Virus record (IMG/VR): IMGVR_UViG_3300035670_000033
Location: 32,001-96,000 of that record
Reading direction: 5' to 3' (one strand)
Length of the DNA stretch: 64,000 bases
From: a virus
Shown: in pieces, positions 25,971 to 34,738 of the stretch
Layout: every line of letters starts with the position of its first letter
Position numbering within the stretch: the first letter of the stretch is position 1
The notes under the pieces: model-generated
What the model saw: the letters and a program-made list of their open reading frames with translations, nothing else
What the model was told of the DNA's origin: nothing
Databases searched by the model: none
Made by a program: the position numbers and the translations under genes

Positions 25971-26803
25971 TAGTAGGTGTACTTTCCTTCTAACAAACGG
26001 TTGAACTCCTCGCCGTAATACTTGAACGAGTGTGATGAACTGTCCTCTAGTTCTAGATCGTTGTTGTCAACGCCTAGTTCAAGAATCAGGACGCTGTCCG
26101 AATCCATTCCGTCACGACCGAGGACGCTTACTTCTGTCTCGCCGTCCATCCAATCCACCCGTGTGTGGTGGTGTCCACAGATGTGAAACTGTGGTGTCAC
26201 TTTGTCAAGGATTTCCTTGACGAGATGTCGTTGTGCGATAGATACTTGGATGTCGTCCTTGTATGTGATCTTGTTCCCATTGTCGTACGGTGCTTCGTGT
26301 GTCATCAGGATGTCAACGGGTTCGTTGCTAAGTAGATCAACATCAAACGGGTTGATGAGTTCACCTCTCCACCATGAGTCACCTTCTACACGGTCTAACC
26401 AATCCACCGAGTACGCACCGCCATAACCCATGAAGGTTGTTTCTCCGATTTGGAAACGACATCCACGAGGAATGTATTGCAACCATTCGCTAGGTGTTGG
26501 GATTGGGTTGTTCTTTCCGTACTTGTCGGTGAGGTCACGAAGTAGATCATGATTTTCGTGGTTGCCGTCAATCCAAAGGAACTTGATTTGTGCTTCCTCT
26601 GCGAGTTTTGCTACACGATTCACGAACTGCTTGCCAAATGGACGGTGTACCCAATATCCGAAGTCTCCGACTGAGATGATGTGTGTGACATCGTTCTTTT
26701 TTGCGTGCGAGATTACCCACTCTGCGTGCCCGATGTTTCCGTGGATGTCGCCTGCGAACATGACGATCTGTTTAGTTTGTTTAGTGTTTTCTAGTTGTTT
26801 CAT
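25970..26803 (-). CDS. Calcineurin-like metallophosphoesterase
   Basis: GDIHG, VGDFG, GNHE, THE, GHHH. Confidence 0.92.
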   Translation of the reverse strand: MKQLENTKQTKQIVMFAGDIHGNIGHAEWVISHAKKNDVTHIISVGDFGYWVHRPFGKQFVNRVAKLAEEAQIKFLWIDGNHENHDLLRDLTDKYGKNNPIPTPSEWLQYIPRGCRFQIGETTFMGYGGAYSVDWLDRVEGDSWWRGELINPFDVDLLSNEPVDILMTHEAPYDNGNKITYKDDIQVSIAQRHLVKEILDKVTPQFHICGHHHTRVDWMDGETEVSVLGRDGMDSDSVLILELGVDNNDLELEDSSSHSFKYYGEEFNRLLEGKYTY

Positions 26804-26810
26804 ATATATA

Positions 26811-26839
26811 AGTATATACCCGTAAGGTTATATTGTCAA
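26811..26839 (-). promoter_or_regulatory. SigA-type promoter TTGACA-17-TATACT (near-leaderless)
   Basis: Consensus match. Confidence 0.8.
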
Positions 26840-26904
26840 CCCCACAAATGCCCTATTTTTAGCGGTTTTCAGTGATATATCCCGAAGTAAGGTAGTGTAT
26901 TCAT

Positions 26905-27333
26905 ATGGCTGAAACCCCCACCCCACAAGAACTAATCTCCCGAATGCCCGAGGATTTCGTTGACTTGGTAGGTCGCTTTATCTCCGACCCCGATATAAAC
27001 ACCGACCACCTTGATGTCCAAGAACTAATGCCTGCACCACCGTGTGTAGCGTTGATTGCCAACCATTTGGGTCTAGAAAAGGAGCCACTCGGGACTGCTG
27101 AGTTGGATCAGGCTAAAGCGTGGCTAGACGAACAAGCATCTTGGCAGGACAGGTCTTTTGCGGTTCAAAAGAAACTCGCAGAAACAGCCCCCTTCGGCGA
27201 ACAAGAAGCACTAAAAGGCGAAATCCCTTTGTGGATGAACGCAAAATGGGCTCCGATGCTGTTATTTCAGTGGTCAGACGGATTGCGTGACGCAGTTCTA
27301 CAAGCAGAAGAATATGTGGAAGAGGTTCTATGA
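26905..27333 (+). CDS. Hypothetical protein
   Basis: 142-aa ORF, leaderless -10 TAGTGT. Confidence 0.7.
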   Translation: MAETPTPQELISRMPEDFVDLVGRFISDPDINTDHLDVQELMPAPPCVALIANHLGLEKEPLGTAELDQAKAWLDEQASWQDRSFAVQKKLAETAPFGEQEALKGEIPLWMNAKWAPMLLFQWSDGLRDAVLQAEEYVEEVL

Positions 27334-27704
27334 GCGACATCAACGACAACTTGGAAGTAGCGATGAACAAAGTCGCAGAAGACTTGACTCCCACCCGATC
27401 GCGTGCGGTTGGGAAAAAGAAAAAAAGCGAAGACGGGACTGAACTTTCTTCAACAGCACAAGAACAGGTTTTGTTCCGTGCAACAACTGAAGACAAACAA
27501 AAGTGGGAGGAATGCGCCAAACATTTGGGTATTTCTATGGCTGAGTTCCTTCGTGTTTCCGCAAACGAAAAGGTTGATAACACGATGAAAGGGTGCGAGC
27601 ATCCGCTTTCTTTCCGTCGTTCATTTCCGTGGATGGAAGAATGCTTGAAGTGTGGTGTTCGCCTCCGCAACGAAGATCAAACAAATCATCAAAACCGTCG
27701 CTAA
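27330..27704 (+). CDS. Ribbon-helix-helix-like DNA-binding protein with C-terminal zinc motif
   Basis: QVLFRAT.EDKQKWEECAKHLGISMAEFLR; CEH...CLKCG. Confidence 0.6.
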   Translation: MSDINDNLEVAMNKVAEDLTPTRSRAVGKKKKSEDGTELSSTAQEQVLFRATTEDKQKWEECAKHLGISMAEFLRVSANEKVDNTMKGCEHPLSFRRSFPWMEECLKCGVRLRNEDQTNHQNRR

Positions 27705-27707
27705 GCA

Positions 27708-28061
27708 ATGAAGCCCCGCAAACCACTAAAACGAACTCCTCTCAAACGATCAACTAAGCCGATCAAACAGAAGTCGGATAAACGGTTGGTTGCTGATGTG
27801 GATAGGCGCATCTTTGTTGCGATGATGCTGAACAAACATCCGTATTGTGTTGCGTGTCCTGTGTTCGCTGAACATGATGGTCTTGTTGCTTATGTGCGTC
27901 GCCCGTCTCAGGATATTCATGAACTTATCCGTCGTTCTCAGGGTGGGTCTACTGTTAGTGAAACTAACTGTATTGCTGTGTGCCGTCCGTGTCATACCCG
28001 TATCGGCAATTTCCCTCAGTTGGCTTTTGATTTGGGGCTTGCTAAACACTCTTGGGAATAG
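27708..28061 (+). CDS. HNH endonuclease-like protein
   Basis: CVAC ... DIHELIRRSQGGS....NC..VCRPCH. Confidence 0.75.
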   Translation: MKPRKPLKRTPLKRSTKPIKQKSDKRLVADVDRRIFVAMMLNKHPYCVACPVFAEHDGLVAYVRRPSQDIHELIRRSQGGSTVSETNCIAVCRPCHTRIGNFPQLAFDLGLAKHSWE

Positions 28062-28167
28062 CACCCGTAACACTATTTGCGTTTACGCCCGTGTCTGCGT
28101 TCGTGTTCAATGCCTAAACGATAAACCCATATTGCTAAAGCGATCAACGCTAAACCTGTAACGATGT

Positions 28168-28701
28168 TCATTGTGCTTTGCCTTTCTTGCAGAAGTCAAT
28201 GTATTTGGTCATCACGAAGTCTACGAACTCTGATCGTATGGTCGCTTCACCATCGTCAATCATGGTGAACTCAGGTAAACCACGGTCGTTGTAAACATAT
28301 TTGACACACTTACCTGCACTGCCCCCGTGATACCCGTAGGTCGCTACGGTCAATGCCTCTGAAACGGGTGTATCAGGGTTGTTCTTGTACTCTTTCTCTA
28401 GGTCGCCTCTCTGATAACCCGTGAGACTGTCTAACTTTTTGAGACGAACATAACTATCTACAACGATACTTACAGTGTCAAACTCATCTAAACCGTCATT
28501 GTATGCGTCACTCAACACTGTAGGTAGTGACTCAAATGGGTGACCATTGAGACCACTCTGACGACACTCAAATAGGTCGCCCTTTTGGAATACAACGAAT
28601 GACTGCATATCGGTTATGCCGTTGTCCTCTGTGCATATCTCTGTCTTGCGAAGTTGTGCGATCTTTGCGATCTTCTCTGCCTCTATGTCTATGTCCATCA
28701 C
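28168..28701 (-). CDS. Hypothetical protein
   Basis: 177-aa ORF; weak similarity to 37403..38035. Confidence 0.7.
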   Translation of the reverse strand: MMDIDIEAEKIAKIAQLRKTEICTEDNGITDMQSFVVFQKGDLFECRQSGLNGHPFESLPTVLSDAYNDGLDEFDTVSIVVDSYVRLKKLDSLTGYQRGDLEKEYKNNPDTPVSEALTVATYGYHGGSAGKCVKYVYNDRGLPEFTMIDDGEATIRSEFVDFVMTKYIDFCKKGKAQ

Positions 28702-28994
28702 TTTACCCGTGTGCTCCTTTTTCGTTCAACGCTTAGACACGCCTTGTATGCCTCTTGCCTTGTGTCATGTGTAGACAACGGCATGTTGCCACACTGTGTG
28801 TCTATAACCAACCATTTAGTGGAAGGGTATCTGTCAGGTGATATGTCGTATCTGTAGTTCATAATGTTCCTACGAAAAGAATGATTAGTGCTATTGCCAT
28901 TGTTGCTATGCCTAGTAATGCATCAGTACTCATGTGTAAAACTATATAACACTTACGAGTATATGTCAAGTATCACCCGAAACCACCCGTAGCA

Positions 28995-29213
28995 CTATTT
29001 CTCAACACACCACCTCAAACCCAAACCCCTACGCCTCGCATTAGCCTCCAACCTACGAGACCTCTCAGGCTCAGGCAACAACTCATACAAAGCAACACGC
29101 CTAGCATTCTTACGCTCACGCTCATACTCCCTACGCCTATCACGCTTAGCCTTCGTATCCTCACGATGACACCTTTGCCACTCCCTATGATCTTCAACAT
29201 TCTTATAAGGCAC
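28995..29213 (-). CDS. Small Arg-rich hypothetical protein
   Basis: MPYKN.ED.REWQR pattern. Confidence 0.55.
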   Translation of the reverse strand: MPYKNVEDHREWQRCHREDTKAKRDRRREYERERKNARRVALYELLPEPERSRRLEANARRRGLGLRWCVEK

Positions 29214-29513
29214 AACTAACGACCTTTAGCAAACAATTTGTACACAGAAAACACAACAAAAGTAATCACAACAGACGCAACAACCTCTTGAAAATGCACA
29301 ACAAACACAAACCACAACAACTGCAACACCCAATACACGCCAACCATCACAAACAACAAAGGCACCAAAAACCTCACAACAAACAACCCCCCTCCAACAA
29401 CAGTAGGTTGCTAAGCGGGGCTGTCAACCTTTTGCACTCTCTCAGTAGCAGGGGGCGGTCATATGACATATTTTTTGGTTCCGTTTTGTTTTTTAGGTTT
29501 ATCTGACACGGGT

Positions 29514-29834
29514 CTATTGGGGTGGGGTTTGGTTGTGGTGGTGGATCATGTTTAGGCAGGTGAGGTATCCGATTGTGTCTAGGAGTGTGTCGTGGTGTAG
29601 TTGTCCTTGGTCTAGGTTGGTGCGTAGTCTTGCGAGTTTGACGGAGGTCATGAAGAGGATTGCTTGGTTGAGGGTGAGTTGGATTCCTGTGAGTGTTTCA
29701 AATATTTTGGTGACTTTTGTGTAGTCGTCTTTTGGGTGTCCGTATGTGTTTTGTCGGTCTTGGTTGACGATTTTGTAGGCTTCTTGGAGGATTTCGGTTC
29801 CGGGTGTGGGCGTATTTTTTTGTGTGTTGGTCAT
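29514..29834 (-). CDS. DUF6378-like protein
   Basis: IL.EA..IV..DRQ..YG.P..........M..VK.AR......H.D...D..GY. Confidence 0.75.
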   Translation of the reverse strand: MTNTQKNTPTPGTEILQEAYKIVNQDRQNTYGHPKDDYTKVTKIFETLTGIQLTLNQAILFMTSVKLARLRTNLDQGQLHHDTLLDTIGYLTCLNMIHHHNQTPPQ

Positions 29835-29846
29835 GGTCGTTTAGGT

Positions 29847-30164
29847 TTATTTGGTCTGGGACTGTTGGGGTGCTGTTTTTGAATTTTTGCGCGGCGGTTT
29901 TGCCTTTTTTAGGGTTGCGCGTTTTTCTTTGATTTGTTTTTTGTTTTCTTCATAGAATTTGTCGTGGAAGTAGATTGATGTTTCTAATGCTTTTTCTATT
30001 CCTTTGAGTTGAGTCAATTTTTGAAATATGCGTTCGGTGTCTGGTGCGTCGCCTTTTTCTTGTAGGGTTTTTGCTAGTTGTTTTCGTTGTTCTGCTACTA
30101 GTGCGAGGAGCCCTTTCATTTGTGGTTCGTTGACATTGAGGGCATATATTTGTCGTTGTCTCAT
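29847..30164 (-). CDS. Hypothetical basic coiled-coil protein
   Basis: ATG at 30164 (track extends to 30374, overlapping the next gene). Confidence 0.55.
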   Translation of the reverse strand: MRQRQIYALNVNEPQMKGLLALVAEQRKQLAKTLQEKGDAPDTERIFQKLTQLKGIEKALETSIYFHDKFYEENKKQIKEKRATLKKAKPPRKNSKTAPQQSQTK

Positions 30165-30175
30165 TTTTTGTCTTC

Positions 30176-30709
30176 CTATAGGTGTTTGAGTTGTTGTTCT
30201 TTTAGGGTGAGTCTTGGTCCGTAACCGTAGTCGGTTTTTTGGGCGTTTGCAAAAAAATGTTCGCGGGTTGTTCCGCCGATTATTTGGAATTGGGTGTTTG
30301 TGCCGATGTTTTCCCATTGGTTTTTGGGTTGGTTGCACCATACAACTATGCATTGTTCGGTGTCTGGTTTCCATAAACCGTATTTGCAGTGTTGGGGGTC
30401 GTTGATGATCAGGTCTTTTTGGGATGATGTTTTGATCTCTGTTTTTTTGTTGTTTATGGTGGTGTCAAAGCCGTTGTCTGCGCCTATATAGATTTCCCAA
30501 TCTATTTCGGTGTTGTAGTAGCGGGAGATGATTACTTCTCCTGCTTTTCCGAGCATGATGATGCCTTTTTCGGTGGCTCCTGCCGTGTATTTTCGGTCGG
30601 TTATTTGGTGTTCGTTTTTGTTTGCTTTGCAGAGGTCGGTGAATCTGCGTAGTTGTAGTACTTCTCGGGCGGTGAGGTGCATCAACGGATATTTAGTAGC
30701 GGTTTCCAT
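30176..30709 (-). CDS. PD-(D/E)xK-like nuclease
   Basis: GKAGE......Y ... D.GFD......EIKTS. Confidence 0.6.
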   Translation of the reverse strand: METATKYPLMHLTAREVLQLRRFTDLCKANKNEHQITDRKYTAGATEKGIIMLGKAGEVIISRYYNTEIDWEIYIGADNGFDTTINNKKTEIKTSSQKDLIINDPQHCKYGLWKPDTEQCIVVWCNQPKNQWENIGTNTQFQIIGGTTREHFFANAQKTDYGYGPRLTLKEQQLKHL

Positions 30710-30720
30710 CGCGTTGTAGT

Positions 30721-31440
30721 TTATCTAGCGGGGGACTGTTTTGCTATCTCCACATATTTTTCGTCTAGGTCGTATCCGATATATTTTCTGCCTAGTTTTT
30801 GGGCTGTTGTTGTGGTTGTCCCTATCCCATTGAAGGGGTCTAGGACGATGTCGTCGGGTTGTGTGGTGAGGAGGATGCAGTTTTCTACTAGTTGTGTTGG
30901 GAATGGTGCGGGGTGGATTGTTTGCCGTTGTGGTGATATGTCCCATATTTCGCCAAGATATTTGGGGTCTATGTTGTCACGGAATGTTTTCGGCTTGTCT
31001 TTGGATAGCCAGTAGATGTGTTCGGTGTTTGGGAGCAGGTGGTCTTTGCGTATGTTCGGACTGTTTTTGCGGTTCCATATGATCAGTTGATAGATGTGTG
31101 CGTTTGTTTTGTGAATAAATTCGGTGGGTAGCCGTGCTTGGTTGTTGTGTCGGCGTGGTTTGTGGTTAAAAAAGATGGATCCGTCGGGGGTGATCACTCG
31201 GTGTAGTTCGTTGATTATTTCTATAATCCACTCTTGATACATTTTTTCTGGCATGTTGTCGTGGTATTCGTTGTAGTCAATATTGTGTTTTTGCCAGATT
31301 TGGTTGCTGTTTTGTGTTTTGCCGTTTTGGATACCTTTTTTGTTGTATGGCGGGGATGTGACAACGGTGTTTATTGTGTTGTCTGAAAGTTTTTTGAGTT
31401 CTTGTAGGGCGTCACCACATTTTATGATGTCTGTTTCCAC
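30721..31440 (-). CDS. Site-specific DNA methyltransferase (N4C/N6A type)
   Basis: VVTSPPY, HPAPFP, VLDPFNGIGTT, GYDLDEKY. Confidence 0.92.
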   Translation of the reverse strand: METDIIKCGDALQELKKLSDNTINTVVTSPPYNKKGIQNGKTQNSNQIWQKHNIDYNEYHDNMPEKMYQEWIIEIINELHRVITPDGSIFFNHKPRRHNNQARLPTEFIHKTNAHIYQLIIWNRKNSPNIRKDHLLPNTEHIYWLSKDKPKTFRDNIDPKYLGEIWDISPQRQTIHPAPFPTQLVENCILLTTQPDDIVLDPFNGIGTTTTTAQKLGRKYIGYDLDEKYVEIAKQSPAR

Positions 31441-31450
31441 GCTGTTTAGT

Positions 31451-31957
31451 TTATCCAGCCTTGGACTGTTTTGCCTTACTTCCTAGCAACCCATTTATTC
31501 GTGCTAGTCGGCGTTGTTCTTTTTCTTGTTGTTCGCGTTTGGCTCTTCCAACATACATGAGTGCGTGTTCACCGCTTAACGTTATTTTGTACATGTTTTT
31601 GACATTAAAGTTCTGTGGGTCGTATGGTGCTTCTAGTTTTGTGATGTACCCAACTTTTGTTAAATGTTGTAGTGATGCATCTATTCGTGTTGGGTTCATT
31701 GCGTTTAAACAGAATTTGCGATAGTCGGGAACGGTGAATGGTTTTTTTCCTCTGAATTTTGCGTATGACAAAATTTTGTATGGGCTTTCCCCGTATTTCA
31801 GGAAGTTGGTTGGTTTTGTTAACGGTGTTTGTTTTATTCCCGATTTTTGTGATCTTTTTGAGTTGCGTCGTGCTTTTTGCGGTTCAGTTTTTTCGGGTTG
31901 TGTGTTCATCGCTGTTAATATATCTTCACCGATTGGAGGGCGCTTATGAAAAGGCAA
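31451..31957 (-). CDS. Putative winged-HTH DNA-binding protein
   Basis: RIDASLQHLTKVGYI...YKITLSGE. Confidence 0.55.
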   Translation of the reverse strand: MPFHKRPPIGEDILTAMNTQPEKTEPQKARRNSKRSQKSGIKQTPLTKPTNFLKYGESPYKILSYAKFRGKKPFTVPDYRKFCLNAMNPTRIDASLQHLTKVGYITKLEAPYDPQNFNVKNMYKITLSGEHALMYVGRAKREQQEKEQRRLARINGLLGSKAKQSKAG

Positions 31958-32206
31958 AAAAATCCCAAAAAACGTTCAGTGAACAAAAGTGATGTTTCGG
32001 TGAATCGTCTCGGGTCTAGTATAAAAGTTTCTCGCGATTTCAGACCGTGGATGATCAAGCGTGGTTTATCTGAGGCTGAGGTTATTGATTTTTTGTGTGA
32101 TGCGCGTGACGCGATGGATCCTGACGCAAACTACATTATGATGATGCTTGACAGTCATTCTCTTGAAGAGTTGATTGTTGAGGGTTTGATTAGAATTGAA
32201 GACTAA
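31946..32206 (+). CDS. Hypothetical protein
   Basis: 86-aa ORF between divergent and convergent genes. Confidence 0.5.
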   Translation: MKRQKNPKKRSVNKSDVSVNRLGSSIKVSRDFRPWMIKRGLSEAEVIDFLCDARDAMDPDANYIMMMLDSHSLEELIVEGLIRIED

Positions 32207-32976
32207 TAGTTGGCGTGTGCGTCAACAAAATTTAGTACTCGTTCTGCTGTTGTCTCACCGTCTGTACCGGGATCGCTTTTTAGCCAGCGAATAAAGTCAT
32301 ACCATTTGCGCTGTTGGTCAGGGCTGTCAAATACGAGCGTGTATTGAACGATCGTTTTGGATCCGTTCGCTACTACTGATGGCGCACCTTGAGTTACTGC
32401 TTGGTGTGTGTCGGTTCCTTGTGGTGCGTTGAGAACTGTTTCTCCGCTTTCAAGTTGGACGCTCACGGCTTGTGGAGCCCTATTTTCCTCTTGTGTTAAT
32501 GGTGTTATTGGCTGTATTACGGGAGCCTCATACGGTGCGTCGTCTTCTTGGTAGTAGTCGCCTTCCATGGCGGCTAAATCAAATTCATCCCAACCGAGGG
32601 CATCAATAAGGTTGTCGTATTGTTCGCCTACTTCTCCTAGAAGTTCAAAAAGCATGTTGCTGTCTGTGGTGCCAAGTTCGTTTGTACGGTTGTCTGCTAA
32701 CGCATAGGCGATTGCGCTTTCGGTGTCACCTTGGAATTTTACGCATGCGATTGTTTCCCAGCCAAGTTTTTTTGCTGCTTCGTATTGGTGGTTTCCCGCA
32801 ATGATTGTTGATGTTCCGTCAGGGTTGTCTTTAATTACGATCGGTTTTACTTGCCCGAATTCTCGGTATGACGCAACGATCGCGTCAATGTTTCCTTTGC
32901 GTGGGTTGTTTTCTAGGTGCACAAGTTTTTCTAGCGGTGTTGCTAGGTGTTCTATGCTTTTATGGATACCAGACAT
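32203..32976 (-). CDS. ParB/Srx N-terminal domain protein
   Basis: NPRKGN...I..S..EFGQ.KPIV....IIAGNH...AAKKLGW...ALADNRT. Confidence 0.88.
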   Translation of the reverse strand: MSGIHKSIEHLATPLEKLVHLENNPRKGNIDAIVASYREFGQVKPIVIKDNPDGTSTIIAGNHQYEAAKKLGWETIACVKFQGDTESAIAYALADNRTNELGTTDSNMLFELLGEVGEQYDNLIDALGWDEFDLAAMEGDYYQEDDAPYEAPVIQPITPLTQEENRAPQAVSVQLESGETVLNAPQGTDTHQAVTQGAPSVVANGSKTIVQYTLVFDSPDQQRKWYDFIRWLKSDPGTDGETTAERVLNFVDAHANY

Positions 32977-33321
32977 TTATGCTCCTGTTTGTATGCGAAC
33001 ATTGGCGTTCAGTGTCCTCAGTGCGTCTAAGGATGTTCGCACGGTCAAAAGTTTTTCTCGTTTAGATTTAACTAACGCTTCGCTAATCTTATACGAGTAC
33101 GCCTCGTCCGAAAGTTTGTAGTCCGCCCATGCTTCGCGTTCTTTGATGCTTCCTTTGGCGGCTAGATACTCTTTAGCCCAATTGCCTTTCATGAGCGCAT
33201 CTTTTTTCGCTGCGTCCACAGCAAGAACTTCAAAGGCTTCTGTTTCGTCTTCAAGTATGCCTAGTAATCGCATGATTTCTGATTCAATTTCCACTTGGGA
33301 TATTGGTTGTGACCTAGCCAT
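32977..33321 (-). CDS. Hypothetical coiled-coil protein
   Basis: Between ParB-like and RuvC-like genes. Confidence 0.7.
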   Translation of the reverse strand: MARSQPISQVEIESEIMRLLGILEDETEAFEVLAVDAAKKDALMKGNWAKEYLAAKGSIKEREAWADYKLSDEAYSYKISEALVKSKREKLLTVRTSLDALRTLNANVRIQTGA

Positions 33322-33841
33322 TTTGTTCTCCTGTTATCGCAGTAAAGTCGCATTTTTTGAGCGCTGAAACCTGATCTTCGTTCCAATCGTATTGCGATAA
33401 TCCCAAATAAGTAAGTGTCATTTGTTCAAGAATCCAAGCATCACATCTGTCATTGCCATCACCGCCAGACCAGATTATCCCCGTTTTCGCAGAGATTGCT
33501 GACATCACTTCTGATTTACCTGAGTTTCCTTTTCCCGTAGCGAATTTGGCTCTACACGTTGGTGGTATGACAACTACAGGGATCCCTGTTTCTCGTAAAG
33601 CAACCCTGACAACACCGCCTAGTTCACCGATGGAATGTGCTTGAGAGTGCCTTGAGGCGTATGAGTAACCTTCTATGGCAACAATTTTTACTTCAGCCTC
33701 TTGGGCGAGTTTCATGATTTCGTTTCGTATTTCTAAAAGTCTCTCAGATCCTCTGTTTTTGGATTTTATGCTCGTTGTCAACCCTCCGATACTCACCCCC
33801 GTACTAGTGAGGGAGAGATCTAAACCCATGATATTCGCCAT
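33314..33841 (-). CDS. ruvC: RuvC-like Holliday junction resolvase
   Basis: MGLDLSLTSTG, AIEGY, KFATGKGN..K, DAW. Confidence 0.85.
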   Translation of the reverse strand: MANIMGLDLSLTSTGVSIGGLTTSIKSKNRGSERLLEIRNEIMKLAQEAEVKIVAIEGYSYASRHSQAHSIGELGGVVRVALRETGIPVVVIPPTCRAKFATGKGNSGKSEVMSAISAKTGIIWSGGDGNDRCDAWILEQMTLTYLGLSQYDWNEDQVSALKKCDFTAITGEQNG

Positions 33842-33882
33842 ATTTTTTAGGTTACTACAGTTTTTTGCACTAATATCTATAT

Positions 33883-34317
33883 GTGGTTAACAAAAAATCT
33901 GCACCTCAAAAACTTGTTGTTTCTATTGAACGGCAAGGAGCGTGGGGAGATGTTTCCTATTATCACAAACTTGAATGCGGTCATATTGAGGTTCGTAAGA
34001 GGGCTTCAACAGCACCACAAATCGCGTGTACATGGTGTGTGATCGGTGAGGAAAAAGGCAGGGAACTCAAGGCGTTAACGATAGTTCAGCCACCAACTCT
34101 TGAGGAGGTGTGGGATTTTTATGATGATTCAATTAACGAAGAAGTAAATGTTGCTCAACTTCGGGCTGGTATTGCAAGTTCTATAGGTTGTCCACAGGAC
34201 AGTGTTGAGGTTGTGTCCGAGGTCGGTGAGGACAATATTCTCCGTGTGAACTATGTGACAGTTTTTTTGGATATTGAACTCGCAAAGAAAATTGGAAAAT
34301 ACGAGAAAAACATTTGA
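33883..34317 (+). CDS. Hypothetical protein
   Basis: 144-aa ORF upstream of whiB. Confidence 0.65.
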   Translation: MVNKKSAPQKLVVSIERQGAWGDVSYYHKLECGHIEVRKRASTAPQIACTWCVIGEEKGRELKALTIVQPPTLEEVWDFYDDSINEEVNVAQLRAGIASSIGCPQDSVEVVSEVGEDNILRVNYVTVFLDIELAKKIGKYEKNI

Positions 34318-34738
34318 ACTGCGAGACAGCGGTTGTAGTGTTTGGCAAACAATAAACGACTTAAAAGTCAACTCGGGGGGGATTTTGGACACTCAAGATA
34401 TAAGCGACTTTTTTGATACAAGCAAAGCCGCGTGCAAGGGCAAGGACATTACTTTGTTCTACCCAAATCTTCCAGCAGGTCAGCATCGTAAAGATGTTGA
34501 AACGGCGAAACAGATGTGCAGTGAATGCGAGGTTATTGAAGGTTGTTTGGATTATTCTCTTCGTTACGAACCACTTGGGGTTTGGGGTGGTAAAAGTGAA
34601 ACCGAAAGAGAAATTTTGAGACGACAAAGGAAAATAACTTTGCCACTTGACCGAAGAGCATCACCTGCTGTAAGAAGATCGGTGAATGCTGGAAGAGTGC
34701 AGAGAATTATTAATAGATTAGACTCAGCGAATGAGTAA
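34274..34738 (+). CDS. whiB: WhiB-family Fe-S transcription factor
   Basis: AACKG...FYP...AK..C..C.V...CL......GVWGG.SE.ER (start may be further downstream). Confidence 0.92.
   Translation: MNSQRKLENTRKTFELRDSGCSVWQTINDLKVNSGGILDTQDISDFFDTSKAACKGKDITLFYPNLPAGQHRKDVETAKQMCSECEVIEGCLDYSLRYEPLGVWGGKSETEREILRRQRKITLPLDRRASPAVRRSVNAGRVQRIINRLDSANE

Noticed and set aside
29288-29506. His/Gln/Asn-rich plus-strand ORF
   Set aside because: It is an artefact of the extreme A/C skew, with no RBS.
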